A stretch of 64,000 nt of DNA, taken from assembly GCA_963662655.2 (NCBI GenBank), contig CAXXTU010000002.1:608001-672000 (forward strand), written 5' to 3'. Below, piece by piece: positions 39,640-49,229 of this stretch. How positions within the stretch are numbered: the stretch's first letter is position 1; the number at the start of each line of letters is the position of its first letter. The notes beneath the pieces are model-generated. The model saw only the letters and a list, made by a program, of their open reading frames with translations. It searched no databases and was not told where the DNA came from. The translations under genes and the position numbers were made by a program. The stretch comes from Candidatus Cloacimonadales bacterium. GTDB lineage: Bacteria > Cloacimonadota > Cloacimonadia > Cloacimonadales > JAIOQZ01.

Positions 39640-39993
39640 GTTGACAATCTCGTAGAAACAGGTATTTTGTTTAGCGAAGAGTATATCGAACGAGTGACAA
39701 TGAAACTCATTCAGGCGGTAGCATATATTTGATAGCAAGCCAATAATTCATATATTTCCCTAAAAGCTTGAGCGTATTTCTGAAATTAGCAAGTAACATT
39801 TGTATTTCGAATACGTTCTGAATAATGAAACGTCAGGTTGCACGATAATTTTGGATTCCCAATATTGTAGCATTCCGGCACCTTTTCCGATATCAATTTG
39901 TCGTAACTTAGCTGGCATCGGTATTCGGATTTCACAAACAAAATATTATCCTTTGATGATAAATCAAGCAGGACACAATACGGAGTAAACATT

Positions 39994-40836
39994 ATGCTGA
40001 AGGACATTGGAAGACTCGACACGGACATGACGCGAGAGATCGATGCAAGACTGGAAGAGGTCTTCGAACTGCTGAACAAGAACAATGCAAAATCCAAGAC
40101 GGAAGCTGTGAAACAATTGAATTCCATGGCGAAATCGCCTAACTATTTCGTTCGGGAGTATCTCGGAAAACAGATGCTGAGCTTTCACGACAGGGAGCTG
40201 ATGAATGAAATTGCCAGGAAGATGATATCCCATAAGTTTTATGGCATACGTGCAACCGCGCTTTTTTATTTTATCACTTTGTATGAAAACAATCCCGAGA
40301 AGGTGCTCGAGATTCTCGAAGATCTCTTCGAGAGCGTTCCGTGGGAAGTGGAAAGTGTTATCAACGATCTCTGGCGCAGCCATCCGGAAGTCATGAAGAA
40401 GAACATGCTCAAGTGGTTGAAGTCGGAGAACGAAACCAAGCGCGCGTTGTCGTTCCACGGCATGGAGAACATCGCGAACCAGGATCCTGTTTACATCATG
40501 GATTTCATCAATCGCGCCATTGACGACGAGAGCATGGAAGTCCAGAAGAAGATTACCCACATACTCACGCAAGTCGCACGTTCCCGACCGGCCGAGTGTT
40601 ACCCTTACATTCACGAATGGTTGCTCGAAGCAGATGAGAAGCGGATGAAAACCTTGTGGGTCTCCATGAAGAAGCTGGCAAACATCGTCGTGCAGAAAAG
40701 CCGCAGAGACAAGTCGCAGGAATTCATCATGCTTACGCACCGGACAATTCAGGATTGGCGCAACGACGAGAATCCGAACGTCTCTGAAATGGGGGGCAAG
40801 CTCTCTGGCATCTTGAAGAACAACCGACATCAATAA
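39994..40836 (+). CDS. HEAT/ARM-repeat helical protein (possibly DNA alkylation repair-like)
   Basis: Repeated helical units (SPNYFVRE, SENETKRA, DDESMEVQK, DENPNV); GGAG RBS. Confidence 0.6.
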   Translation: MLKDIGRLDTDMTREIDARLEEVFELLNKNNAKSKTEAVKQLNSMAKSPNYFVREYLGKQMLSFHDRELMNEIARKMISHKFYGIRATALFYFITLYENNPEKVLEILEDLFESVPWEVESVINDLWRSHPEVMKKNMLKWLKSENETKRALSFHGMENIANQDPVYIMDFINRAIDDESMEVQKKITHILTQVARSRPAECYPYIHEWLLEADEKRMKTLWVSMKKLANIVVQKSRRDKSQEFIMLTHRTIQDWRNDENPNVSEMGGKLSGILKNNRHQ

Positions 40837-40891
40837 CGGAAATTGCATCATTCACCGAGTGGGCTCGAAAAGAGTCGGATGACCGCTAACC

Positions 40892-41055
40892 GCGCGGCGG
40901 GGCGGCGTTGAATCACAATAGCCCGACACATATATACGCTGGAATCGAAGGATTTGAATTGGATATAGCGTACCTATGTATCGGGCTTTATTTGTGATTC
41001 TGCAAGGCATTCAGCCTTGCTGGTGCGCGAAGCGCACAACGCCGCCCCGCCGCGC
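40892..41055. repeat. 164-nt element with perfect 19-bp terminal inverted repeats and three internal hairpins (MITE/REP-like or ncRNA)
   Basis: GCGCGGCGGGGCGGCGTTG...CAACGCCGCCCCGCCGCGC. Confidence 0.65.
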
Positions 41056-41094
41056 TGAGCATGCTGAGCAAATTCGAGATGGGAGATTGCTTTT

Positions 41095-42084
41095 TTACGC
41101 TTTCAGGTGATTCTTGAAAGAGTCGATAATTTCGTCGGGCAGAATCGGATGGATCCCCATTTTTCCGCAGACCTTGCCGGCAGCGTGGTTTGCGATGAGG
41201 GCGGAAGTTCGCATGTCGCATCCGGCGGCCAGGCAGAGTGTCAGGGTACTTATCACGGTATCGCCTGCGCCTGAAACGTCGTAGACTTCCATCGCGAAGG
41301 TCGGAATGCTTATGGGATCGGCGGTTCTGGAGAATACGGAGAGTCCTTTTTCGCTGCGGGTAACGACTACGTATTCGGGTTCAAGCCGATCGAGAAGTTT
41401 GTGGGCCGCAGCGAGGAAATCGTCTTCGGATTTGATCTCGATCCCGAGATTCTTCTCCGTCTCCTTGAGGTTGGGCTTGAACACCGTGCAATTCTTGTAG
41501 GCGAAGAAGTTACGGAACTTCGGGTCCACGGTTACGATTTTATCCAGCTTGTTGCACGTATCGATTACGGTGTTGATGACGCGCTCGGTAAGCAATCCTT
41601 TATTGTAGTCCTCGATAAGCACCGCGTCAACTTGCGGAATGAGCGCTTCGAATCGTTCGATGATTCTGTCCTCGACATCCCTTGCCACGTCGTCGTCATT
41701 CTCGCGGTCGATACGCACAACCTGCTGATTATGCGCAATGACTCGCGTCTTTATGGTCGTGTTACGGCTTTCATCTGCAATCAATTCGAGGTTCGAGATT
41801 CCGTTTGCGATGAAGATATCCCGCATACGCTCTGCGTTCTGATCGTTTCCGATAAGACCGAGTACGTAGGGAACTGCTCCCAGCGCGTGGATGTTGTTCA
41901 CCACATTCGCTGCGCCTCCAAGGCGGAAATCTTCCTTCCTGACCTCTACGACAGGCACCGGAGCTTCCGGAGATATCCTGTCAACCTTCCCCCAGATATA
42001 ATGGTCGATCATCAAATCGCCGATAACGAGCACTCTTTTGTTCTTGAACTGGTCGATTATCTTTCTCAATTCGCTGATCTGCAT
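41095..42084 (-). CDS. hldA: D-glycero-D-manno-heptose-7-phosphate kinase (HldE/RfaE kinase domain, PfkB family)
   Basis: RISPEAPVPV, GGAANV, DYNKG, VYDVSGAGDT. Confidence 0.9.
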   Translation of the reverse strand: MQISELRKIIDQFKNKRVLVIGDLMIDHYIWGKVDRISPEAPVPVVEVRKEDFRLGGAANVVNNIHALGAVPYVLGLIGNDQNAERMRDIFIANGISNLELIADESRNTTIKTRVIAHNQQVVRIDRENDDDVARDVEDRIIERFEALIPQVDAVLIEDYNKGLLTERVINTVIDTCNKLDKIVTVDPKFRNFFAYKNCTVFKPNLKETEKNLGIEIKSEDDFLAAAHKLLDRLEPEYVVVTRSEKGLSVFSRTADPISIPTFAMEVYDVSGAGDTVISTLTLCLAAGCDMRTSALIANHAAGKVCGKMGIHPILPDEIIDSFKNHLKA

Positions 42085-42093
42085 TACATCCTC

Positions 42094-43458
42094 CTACTTG
42101 ACCGGGTACTTTCCATTGAAACAAGCGAAACAGTATTCATCGGGCTCGGTAACCGCCTGGCGCAGTTCATCGATGTCCAGATATCGCAGGCTGCTGACAT
42201 TGAGATACTCCCTGATCTCATCCGCAGATTTACGGTTCGCGACCAACTCATCTCGGGTTGGTGTGTCGATGCCGTAGAAGCATGAATTCTTCACGGGCGG
42301 CGAACCGATGCGCAGATGAACTTCCTTCGCTCCGTGACTCTGGAGAAGCTTAACGATCTTGCGGATCGTGGTTCCGCGAACGATGGAATCATCCACCATC
42401 ACCACGCGCTTGCCTTTGAAGAAGTTCGGCAGCGGATTGAATTTCTGGGAGACACTCTCGTCACGCACCGTTTGCTGTGGTTTGATGAACGTCCTTCCCA
42501 CGTAGTGATTACGGATCAAGCCCATCTCGTAGCGCACGCCGCTCTCCTTCGCGTAACCGAGCGCCATGGAATTGGCCGAGTCCGGGACGGGTATTACCAC
42601 ATCCGCTTCGATATCCTTGTCGCCCTGGGCCAATAACGCGCCTATGCGCTCGCGAACTTCGTATACGTTCTCGCCAAACTGATAGCTGTCCGGGCGAGAG
42701 AAATAGATATGCTCGAAAATGCAATGCTGGCTAGCCTGAATCATGCGATACTCGGCAGGATCGTTCTCGATCTCGCGATAACCGCTTTTATCGATGTGGA
42801 TGATACCGGCAGGCTTCATTTCCTTCTTCCAGACCGGCTTCACGATGTCCAGCGCGCAGCTTTCGGAGGCCACTACGAAAGCGCCGTCCTCTGTCTGTCC
42901 GTAAACCATCGGTCTGAAGGCGTACGGATCACGGAAGATTACCATTTCCTCGCCGAAAGAAAACACCGTGGAGTATGCGCCCTTGAATTCCCGCATTAAC
43001 GCCCGTATCGCGTCGAGCCAGCTCATCTTTTCGATTTCTATCTTGTAGGCGATGAATTTCAGGAGCAGCTCGCCGTCGTTGCCCGACTTGAAGTGAACGC
43101 CCTTCGATTCCAGAATCTCGCGCATCTCGTCGTAGTTGACAATATCGCCGTTACTTGCCAGCGCGTAAACCGGCCCGGCCAACGTTTCGACTACGTGCGG
43201 TTGCGAGTTGTCCTCCGTGGACGTTCCGCGCGTGGGATAACGTACGTGCCCGATCGCGATGTTGCCCTCGAGCTTTGCTAGCGCTTCGGCGCTGAACACG
43301 AACTTCACCAGCCCCATCTTCTTGCGTAGCGTAAATCCTTTTCCGTTCGAAACTGCGATTCCGCAGCTTTCCTGTCCGCGATGCTGCTCGGCAAACAATC
43401 CGAGTGTTGCCAGTTCTGCAGCCTTTGGGTGACCGAATACTCCGATGATTCCACACAT
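42094..43458 (-). CDS. purF: Amidophosphoribosyltransferase
   Basis: MCGI, QHRGQ, GHVRY, CIFEHIYF, VDDSIVRGTT, CFYGID, CFACF. Confidence 0.96.
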   Translation of the reverse strand: MCGIIGVFGHPKAAELATLGLFAEQHRGQESCGIAVSNGKGFTLRKKMGLVKFVFSAEALAKLEGNIAIGHVRYPTRGTSTEDNSQPHVVETLAGPVYALASNGDIVNYDEMREILESKGVHFKSGNDGELLLKFIAYKIEIEKMSWLDAIRALMREFKGAYSTVFSFGEEMVIFRDPYAFRPMVYGQTEDGAFVVASESCALDIVKPVWKKEMKPAGIIHIDKSGYREIENDPAEYRMIQASQHCIFEHIYFSRPDSYQFGENVYEVRERIGALLAQGDKDIEADVVIPVPDSANSMALGYAKESGVRYEMGLIRNHYVGRTFIKPQQTVRDESVSQKFNPLPNFFKGKRVVMVDDSIVRGTTIRKIVKLLQSHGAKEVHLRIGSPPVKNSCFYGIDTPTRDELVANRKSADEIREYLNVSSLRYLDIDELRQAVTEPDEYCFACFNGKYPVK

Positions 43459-43463
43459 GGTAT

Positions 43464-44090
43464 TTATTTGTTTCCTTTCGATTTGAATGATAATTTATTC
43501 TCTGTCCCTGCCAGCAAACGCTTGATGTTCGCGTGATGACGAACAACGACCAGAGTGGCCACGATGCCGGTCAGGACAAGATATACAACGTCCGTGAATC
43601 CATTGAGATAGTTCACGACGAGATTGCTGACAAAGAGCATTACCCCCGCCAGAATCGATCCCAGCGATACGTACCGCGTCGCTGCGGTAACGACGATGAA
43701 GGTGAGAACAGCCGCAGAAAACGAGATCGGAGTCAGAAGAAGAAAGACGCCGGTTGATGTCGCGACGCCTTTACCGCCTTTGAAGCCGAGGAATACCGTG
43801 TAGTTGTGCCCCATGATGGCGGTGAATCCGATGATGGATAGCCATAGAGGGTTGTCGCCCACCAAGAGCCTTCCGATCAAGACCGCTGCCGCGCCTTTGA
43901 AAATGTCCAGTGCGAGCACGGGCAATCCAATCTTGGGTCCCAGTACGCGAACAGCGTTCGTTGCGCCAACATTCCCGCTTCCGTGTTCACGAATATCAAC
44001 TTTCTTGAACAACTTTCCGAAGATATAGCTAACCGGAATGCTGCCTAGAAGGTAGGCTGAAATCAATGAGATGATCAGTCCTTTTGCCAT
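43464..44090 (-). CDS. plsY: Glycerol-3-phosphate acyltransferase
   Basis: GSGNVGATN, GHNY...FKGGKGVA, HHANIKRL. Confidence 0.95.
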   Translation of the reverse strand: MAKGLIISLISAYLLGSIPVSYIFGKLFKKVDIREHGSGNVGATNAVRVLGPKIGLPVLALDIFKGAAAVLIGRLLVGDNPLWLSIIGFTAIMGHNYTVFLGFKGGKGVATSTGVFLLLTPISFSAAVLTFIVVTAATRYVSLGSILAGVMLFVSNLVVNYLNGFTDVVYLVLTGIVATLVVVRHHANIKRLLAGTENKLSFKSKGNK

Positions 44091-45457
44091 AATCCAAGCT
44101 CTATCATTTCTTTACGGTCGCGCTCCGAGATATGGTCGCGTCCGCGGACGAACATCCTGATCGCCGCACCGGAGAAATCAAACTCGTCGCGCAAGCGATT
44201 ATGCAGGTATCGACGATACTGCTCCGAAACCAGTTTTGCATTGTTGCAGAAGAACACGATGGTCGGCGGATGCACCATGACCTGTGTGCAATAGTAAAAT
44301 TTGATGTGTTTGCCTGTCGGGTGTGACGGCGGATACTTGGCTATTGTTGATTTAAGGAACTGATTAAGCTTCGAGGTCGGGATCCTCTGATTCGAATTGG
44401 ACATCACTTCGAGTATCGTCTCGAGCAACTTGCGGACGCGTTGGCCCGTCAGCGCCGAGCTGAAAACGATGGGCGCGTGCACCAGGAAGGGCAGTTCCCG
44501 TGCAAATTCTTTGGTGAACTTGTTCACGGTCTTGCTGTCTTTTTCCACCAGGTCCCATTTATTGAACACGACAATCATGTCCTTGTAGTTGCGGTGCGCG
44601 TACGATGCGATCCGCTTGTCCTGCATGGAGACTTCCGACGTCGCGTCCAGGATCAATAGGACGATGTCCGCCCGGTTGATGCTCTCGATGGTCCGCATGG
44701 AGCTGAAGTATTCCACGCCCTGCTTGATGCGCGTTTTCTTGCGCAGTCCGGCCGTGTCGATGAGCACGAGTTTCTTGTTGAAGTAGTTCAGCGTCGTGTC
44801 GATCGAGTCGCGCGTTGTTCCGGGGATTTCGCTGACGATCACTGTGTTTTCGCCCACGAGGCGGTTCACGATGGACGATTTCCCCACGTTTGGTTTCCCG
44901 ACGATCGCAACATGGATCGTTTCTTCATCGGTTTTCTTCTGCTCTTCCTCGATCTTCGAAGGCTTCAGCCGCTTGATCATCTCGTCCATGAAATTGCCGG
45001 TGTTGCGGCCATGTACCGCCGATATCGGGAATGGATCGTCGAAGCCGAGTTGCAGGAAGTCGTAGAGATCCAACGCGAATTTCTCGTTGTCGACCTTGTT
45101 CGCCACCAGCATGACTTTCTCGTGATGCGGGGCAAGCGTACGGGCGATCTCGATATCGATGTCGGTCGTGCCGGTATGCGCGTCCACGATGAACAGGATG
45201 AAATCAGCCTCTTCGATGGACAGTTCCGCCTGGAATTTCACCTGCTTGTCGATGGTATCGTCCGAATAGGGGATGATTCCGCCAGTGTCCACGATGACAA
45301 ACGCGTGCTCGTTCCAGATTATCTCTTCATACTTGCGATCCCTCGTGATTCCCGCTTCGGGATCGACAATCGCTTTCCTCTTGCGACACAAGCGATTAAA
45401 TAATGTTGACTTCCCTACATTCGGGCGTCCAACAATCGCTACGATTTTCTTCAACAT
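44075..45457 (-). CDS. der: Ribosome biogenesis GTPase Der
   Basis: Two G domains (GRPNVGKS, GKPNVGKS), DTGG, DTAG, KH-like C-terminus. Confidence 0.96.
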   Translation of the reverse strand: MLKKIVAIVGRPNVGKSTLFNRLCRKRKAIVDPEAGITRDRKYEEIIWNEHAFVIVDTGGIIPYSDDTIDKQVKFQAELSIEEADFILFIVDAHTGTTDIDIEIARTLAPHHEKVMLVANKVDNEKFALDLYDFLQLGFDDPFPISAVHGRNTGNFMDEMIKRLKPSKIEEEQKKTDEETIHVAIVGKPNVGKSSIVNRLVGENTVIVSEIPGTTRDSIDTTLNYFNKKLVLIDTAGLRKKTRIKQGVEYFSSMRTIESINRADIVLLILDATSEVSMQDKRIASYAHRNYKDMIVVFNKWDLVEKDSKTVNKFTKEFARELPFLVHAPIVFSSALTGQRVRKLLETILEVMSNSNQRIPTSKLNQFLKSTIAKYPPSHPTGKHIKFYYCTQVMVHPPTIVFFCNNAKLVSEQYRRYLHNRLRDEFDFSGAAIRMFVRGRDHISERDRKEMIELGLWQKD

Positions 45458-45604
45458 CTTGACTCTCCATTCCTTATATGAAAAAATCAGATTCTTCCGA
45501 TCACCTTTTTCTGTCAACCATAAACGTCAAACTGGAAGTGCATGCCTCCTCTGCGAACGATCTTGCAATAGATCATGGCATCTCCGGCTTGAGAGTAGCT
45601 GGGA

Positions 45605-45793
45605 GAAATACGCTCGCGTAAAGGGTGGGTGGGTCGTGCGTGGATGCTTTGGAAGGGAATTTGCCCGACCTCGAGGACGTAGAAGAATAATGGGAAAGCT
45701 CGAAATTTACTCGCGAGATGGGAATTTCAATGACAATAGCAAATTCCATTACGAAGCAACCGCGCAGGGACCTATATCTCCCGAGCGTATTTC
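45605..45793 (+). other. 189-nt nested hairpin between der and pgk
   Basis: GAAATACGCTCG/CGAGCGTATTTC closing stem plus four nested stems with G-U pairs on +. Confidence 0.5.
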
Positions 45794-45869
45794 GCTTTTA
45801 CGATGTTTTTTCTTTACAAACTGCAACGAGTCGTATAATTTAACAAAAAAAGCAATAACGGAGGTAATC

Positions 45870-47165
45870 ATGAAATTAATACATAATCTTCCCAAAGTTC
45901 AAGATGCCGATCTGCAAGGAAAAGTTGTCTTGATGCGCGTCGATCACAACGTTGTGAAAAAAGGCAAAATCAAGGATACCACCCGCATCGACGAAACGTT
46001 CCCCACAATCTGCAGGATCCTTCGCAAGGGCGGACACCTGATTCTCATGTCGCATATCGGGCGTCCGAAAGACAAGAAAACGGGGGAGATCAACATCTCC
46101 GCGAACGATTCCGTGAAACCGATCGTGGAATACCTCAAGCGCAAGCTCGACCTCGATTTCTACATCCCCGAGTTTGTTCAGGATGGTAAGAACGGCCTCC
46201 GTGGTATCGATACGTCGTTCAACTCGGCGCTGGACAAGTTGAAGAAGAAGGAAATCGATGGCATCTATCTGCCCAATACACGCTGGTTTGCCGGTGAAGA
46301 AAGCAAGGGAGAAGAAGCGGAAGAACTCGCCCGTCAATTCGCCGGAATCGCCGACGTGTTCGTCAATGACGCCTTCGGTTCGTGGCAACCGCACGTTTCC
46401 ACTGTGGGGCCAGCCAGGCTTATCCCTTCCTACGCAGGCATCCTGATGCAGAAGGAGATCGACAAGCTGTACAACATCTTCTCGCCGATCCGTCCGTTCC
46501 TGGGTATCGTGGCCGGTTCGAAGTTCGATACGAAAATCGGCCCTTTGCGAGCGCTATTGGAGAAAGCGGATCACCTGATTGTCGGCGGTGTGCTCTACAA
46601 TGCTTACTTGTGCGCCCGTTACAACATCAGCATCGAGGGTATCGGTGATGACGACGTGGCTGCGGCTCGCGAATTCATCAAGATCGCCGACCAGAATCCT
46701 GGAAAACTCATTGAACCAGCCGTGATCGTAGAATCGGAAGAGCTCGATGCCAAAACCCCTGGAAAATATCGCAGCATCCGCATCGATGAGCTCAAGCCGG
46801 GCATGAAGCTGAAATTTGTCCTCGACGCCGATCCTTCCGCATTCGAAGATGAAACGCTCAAGAATGTCATCCTGGGCGCGAAAACGATATTCACTAACGC
46901 GGTGATGGGCTTCACACCCAATTTCTGGGAAGGAACGAAGGCGATGTATTCCCTGATCGATCAGAACAAGGACGCGCTGAAACTCTTTGGCGGCGGCGAC
47001 ACCATCCAGGAATTCAAGAACCTGATGCCAACTCTTTACGAGAAGACCGTTCACGATCAGAACTACTACTTCTTCACCGGTGGAGGAACGATCCTCAAGG
47101 CGATCGAAGAGGGTTCCGCATACGGCTTGGAGCCAGTAAAGCTTCTGATTCAAAACCACGAATAA
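45870..47165 (+). CDS. pgk: Phosphoglycerate kinase (divergent)
   Basis: GGAGG RBS; RVDHN, SHIGRP, NDAFG, GGGDT, TGGG. Confidence 0.88.
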   Translation: MKLIHNLPKVQDADLQGKVVLMRVDHNVVKKGKIKDTTRIDETFPTICRILRKGGHLILMSHIGRPKDKKTGEINISANDSVKPIVEYLKRKLDLDFYIPEFVQDGKNGLRGIDTSFNSALDKLKKKEIDGIYLPNTRWFAGEESKGEEAEELARQFAGIADVFVNDAFGSWQPHVSTVGPARLIPSYAGILMQKEIDKLYNIFSPIRPFLGIVAGSKFDTKIGPLRALLEKADHLIVGGVLYNAYLCARYNISIEGIGDDDVAAAREFIKIADQNPGKLIEPAVIVESEELDAKTPGKYRSIRIDELKPGMKLKFVLDADPSAFEDETLKNVILGAKTIFTNAVMGFTPNFWEGTKAMYSLIDQNKDALKLFGGGDTIQEFKNLMPTLYEKTVHDQNYYFFTGGGTILKAIEEGSAYGLEPVKLLIQNHE

Positions 47166-47212
47166 TCATAGAATTGTTACGGAAATCGCATCCTTTCAAA
47201 GGTGGGGCGATC

Positions 47213-48316
47213 ATGCATACAAGCTTCTTGAAAACGCTATGGGCCGCAGTTGTTCTGTGGGCCATAGCGTTTCCTTTATCCAGCCAGGAGTACGACCAGT
47301 GGTCATCCTCGACCGACAAAGCGTATGAGGATTACCAGCGCAGAATGGAAGATCACTACAATACATACAAAGAGCGCATCGAGCGATTGTGGAATGAATA
47401 TAAAGAGTCGACGCCAACCCAGTGGGTGGAATACTCGGCCGATGATCGCACCCGTAGCACCGTCGATTTCGAGCATGGCGAGGTAACGATTTCCACCATT
47501 GTCGAGCCGGATCAGGCGTCACCGGAAGCAAAGGCGGAGGATCAGCTCAAGCAGCAGCTTGAATCGGTGGTGAAAGAAAAAGATACCGAAGGCGTTCCGC
47601 TTCTGGAGAACCAGCTCGAGACTCCAGACCATAAACCCATCGACGATCGCAATATCGACAACGTTGCAGAAGGGCTCATGCAGGATGCGAGGGTCGAGAC
47701 GATCAACTCCCCCGACGGTTCGAAAAAGCTGAAATACACCATCACGCTCGAAATGACGCCCGATCATCTGCGTGTCCGCATCGACAAGTATCTGCCTGCG
47801 ATCAACGAGATATGCAGCAAGCATAAGATTCAGCCGTCGGTCGTGTTGGCAATGATTCATACGGAATCGTCATTCAATCCCAGGGCATTCAATCGCTCCA
47901 GCGGGGCGTGCGGCCTGATGCAGATCGTACCCCGCTTTGCAGGCCTGGCCATGAATCAGGAAATCTACGGGAAGGATAGCCGACCAACTTCCGAAGAGCT
48001 CTTCGACGCAAGACGAAACCTCGAGATGGGCATCGGTTATCTAAAGCACATTCGCCGGTACTACTTCGATGCGGTAACAGACCATCGCAGTCAGTATTAT
48101 TGCATGATATCCGGTTACAACGGCGGGTCGGGGAATGTGTACAGGGCGGTAACAGGCAAGACGAGGAAATGTGACGCGTTCGATCAGAAAGTCAACGGAA
48201 TGAATTCTTCATCGTTCCTCAAGTTTTTGGCAGCGAAACTTCCACACGCGGAGACGCGCAATTATCTGAAAACGGTTGTCGAACGCTCTGAGAGCTACGG
48301 CGGAATAAAAAGCTGA
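47213..48316 (+). CDS. Lytic murein transglycosylase, MltC-like (DUF3393-like plus SLT domain)
   Basis: VDFEHGEVTI, IHTESSFNP, GLMQI, YNGG, ETRNY. Confidence 0.82.
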   Translation: MHTSFLKTLWAAVVLWAIAFPLSSQEYDQWSSSTDKAYEDYQRRMEDHYNTYKERIERLWNEYKESTPTQWVEYSADDRTRSTVDFEHGEVTISTIVEPDQASPEAKAEDQLKQQLESVVKEKDTEGVPLLENQLETPDHKPIDDRNIDNVAEGLMQDARVETINSPDGSKKLKYTITLEMTPDHLRVRIDKYLPAINEICSKHKIQPSVVLAMIHTESSFNPRAFNRSSGACGLMQIVPRFAGLAMNQEIYGKDSRPTSEELFDARRNLEMGIGYLKHIRRYYFDAVTDHRSQYYCMISGYNGGSGNVYRAVTGKTRKCDAFDQKVNGMNSSSFLKFLAAKLPHAETRNYLKTVVERSESYGGIKS

Positions 48317-48324
48317 GATATCCT

Positions 48325-49209
48325 CTATTGCTCTGACGCTTCGTGATAGGCCCGAATCTTCGTCCCGCTGGTTCTTGCCGCCTTGTGGGAAGCCATTTCA
48401 TCCACAAACGCTTCATCGTTCGGAAATGAACTGCTGATATACCTCGTATGCAAAAGAACGAACTTCGAGTAGCGTTCGATCACCTTGCAAACCCTGCTGA
48501 AGTTGAGATACGTCTTGCTCGGGTACAGATTGATCACCTCGAGTCCGCCGTTTATCGAATCGATGTAGGAATCGATCAAGCTTCTCTTCAGCTCCAGAGA
48601 ACCCTTACCCGCAAGGATGCTGAACGCGGGGTAGTAACCGAAATCTTCCTCGAACCAGTAGATCGCGCGATTGTCCCCGGCGTAGCCGACGATGTCGGGC
48701 GTCGAGCTCGTAAACGCCTCGATGTCACCTTTGAAGTATGCTCTCTTCATCGACTTGATCGACGGGAACAGCTTGATATCCCACCCCATTTGCTTCTTCT
48801 CGTTCAGGGCGAGGCTCAGCTCCGCAAGATTGCTTGAATTTACTGTTCCGATCACCTTCCCCCTCAAGTCCTCAATGGATTCAAGCGAGGACGACGCTAC
48901 GATCCCGCCGCCTCCACGCTGCAAAGGTTGAAGGACTTTTGAGGATTTCGTTTCGTCCAATAGGGCATAGGTTGCCGGGAGTGCCGCCAGGTCGACACGC
49001 CCCTTTTGAAGCGCGGCAAATAGCTTCTCTTCACTCGAATAGGTTCGGAACTCTACTTTCTCCCGTGGGAAATACTCGGCCTCGATGGCGAATCGAAGGG
49101 GGAAGGAAGCGATTTGATCCTCCACCACACCCACGTAGATGATATCCAGTTGGTTCGTACAACCTGAGAGGAGCACGACAACAGCGAAAACGGCAAAGAT
49201 GAATCTCAT
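48325..49209 (-). CDS. Substrate-binding lipoprotein, NMT1/SsuA-like
   Basis: Lipobox LSGC; GRVDLA; SIEDLRGKVIG. Confidence 0.7.
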   Translation of the reverse strand: MRFIFAVFAVVVLLSGCTNQLDIIYVGVVEDQIASFPLRFAIEAEYFPREKVEFRTYSSEEKLFAALQKGRVDLAALPATYALLDETKSSKVLQPLQRGGGGIVASSSLESIEDLRGKVIGTVNSSNLAELSLALNEKKQMGWDIKLFPSIKSMKRAYFKGDIEAFTSSTPDIVGYAGDNRAIYWFEEDFGYYPAFSILAGKGSLELKRSLIDSYIDSINGGLEVINLYPSKTYLNFSRVCKVIERYSKFVLLHTRYISSSFPNDEAFVDEMASHKAARTSGTKIRAYHEASEQ

Positions 49210-49229
49210 AAACTATAACCTCACCCGGA

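Noticed and set aside
45273..45869. N-terminal extension of pgk to 630 aa
   Set aside because: Overlaps der and the intergenic hairpin; a GGAGG RBS supports ATG 45870.
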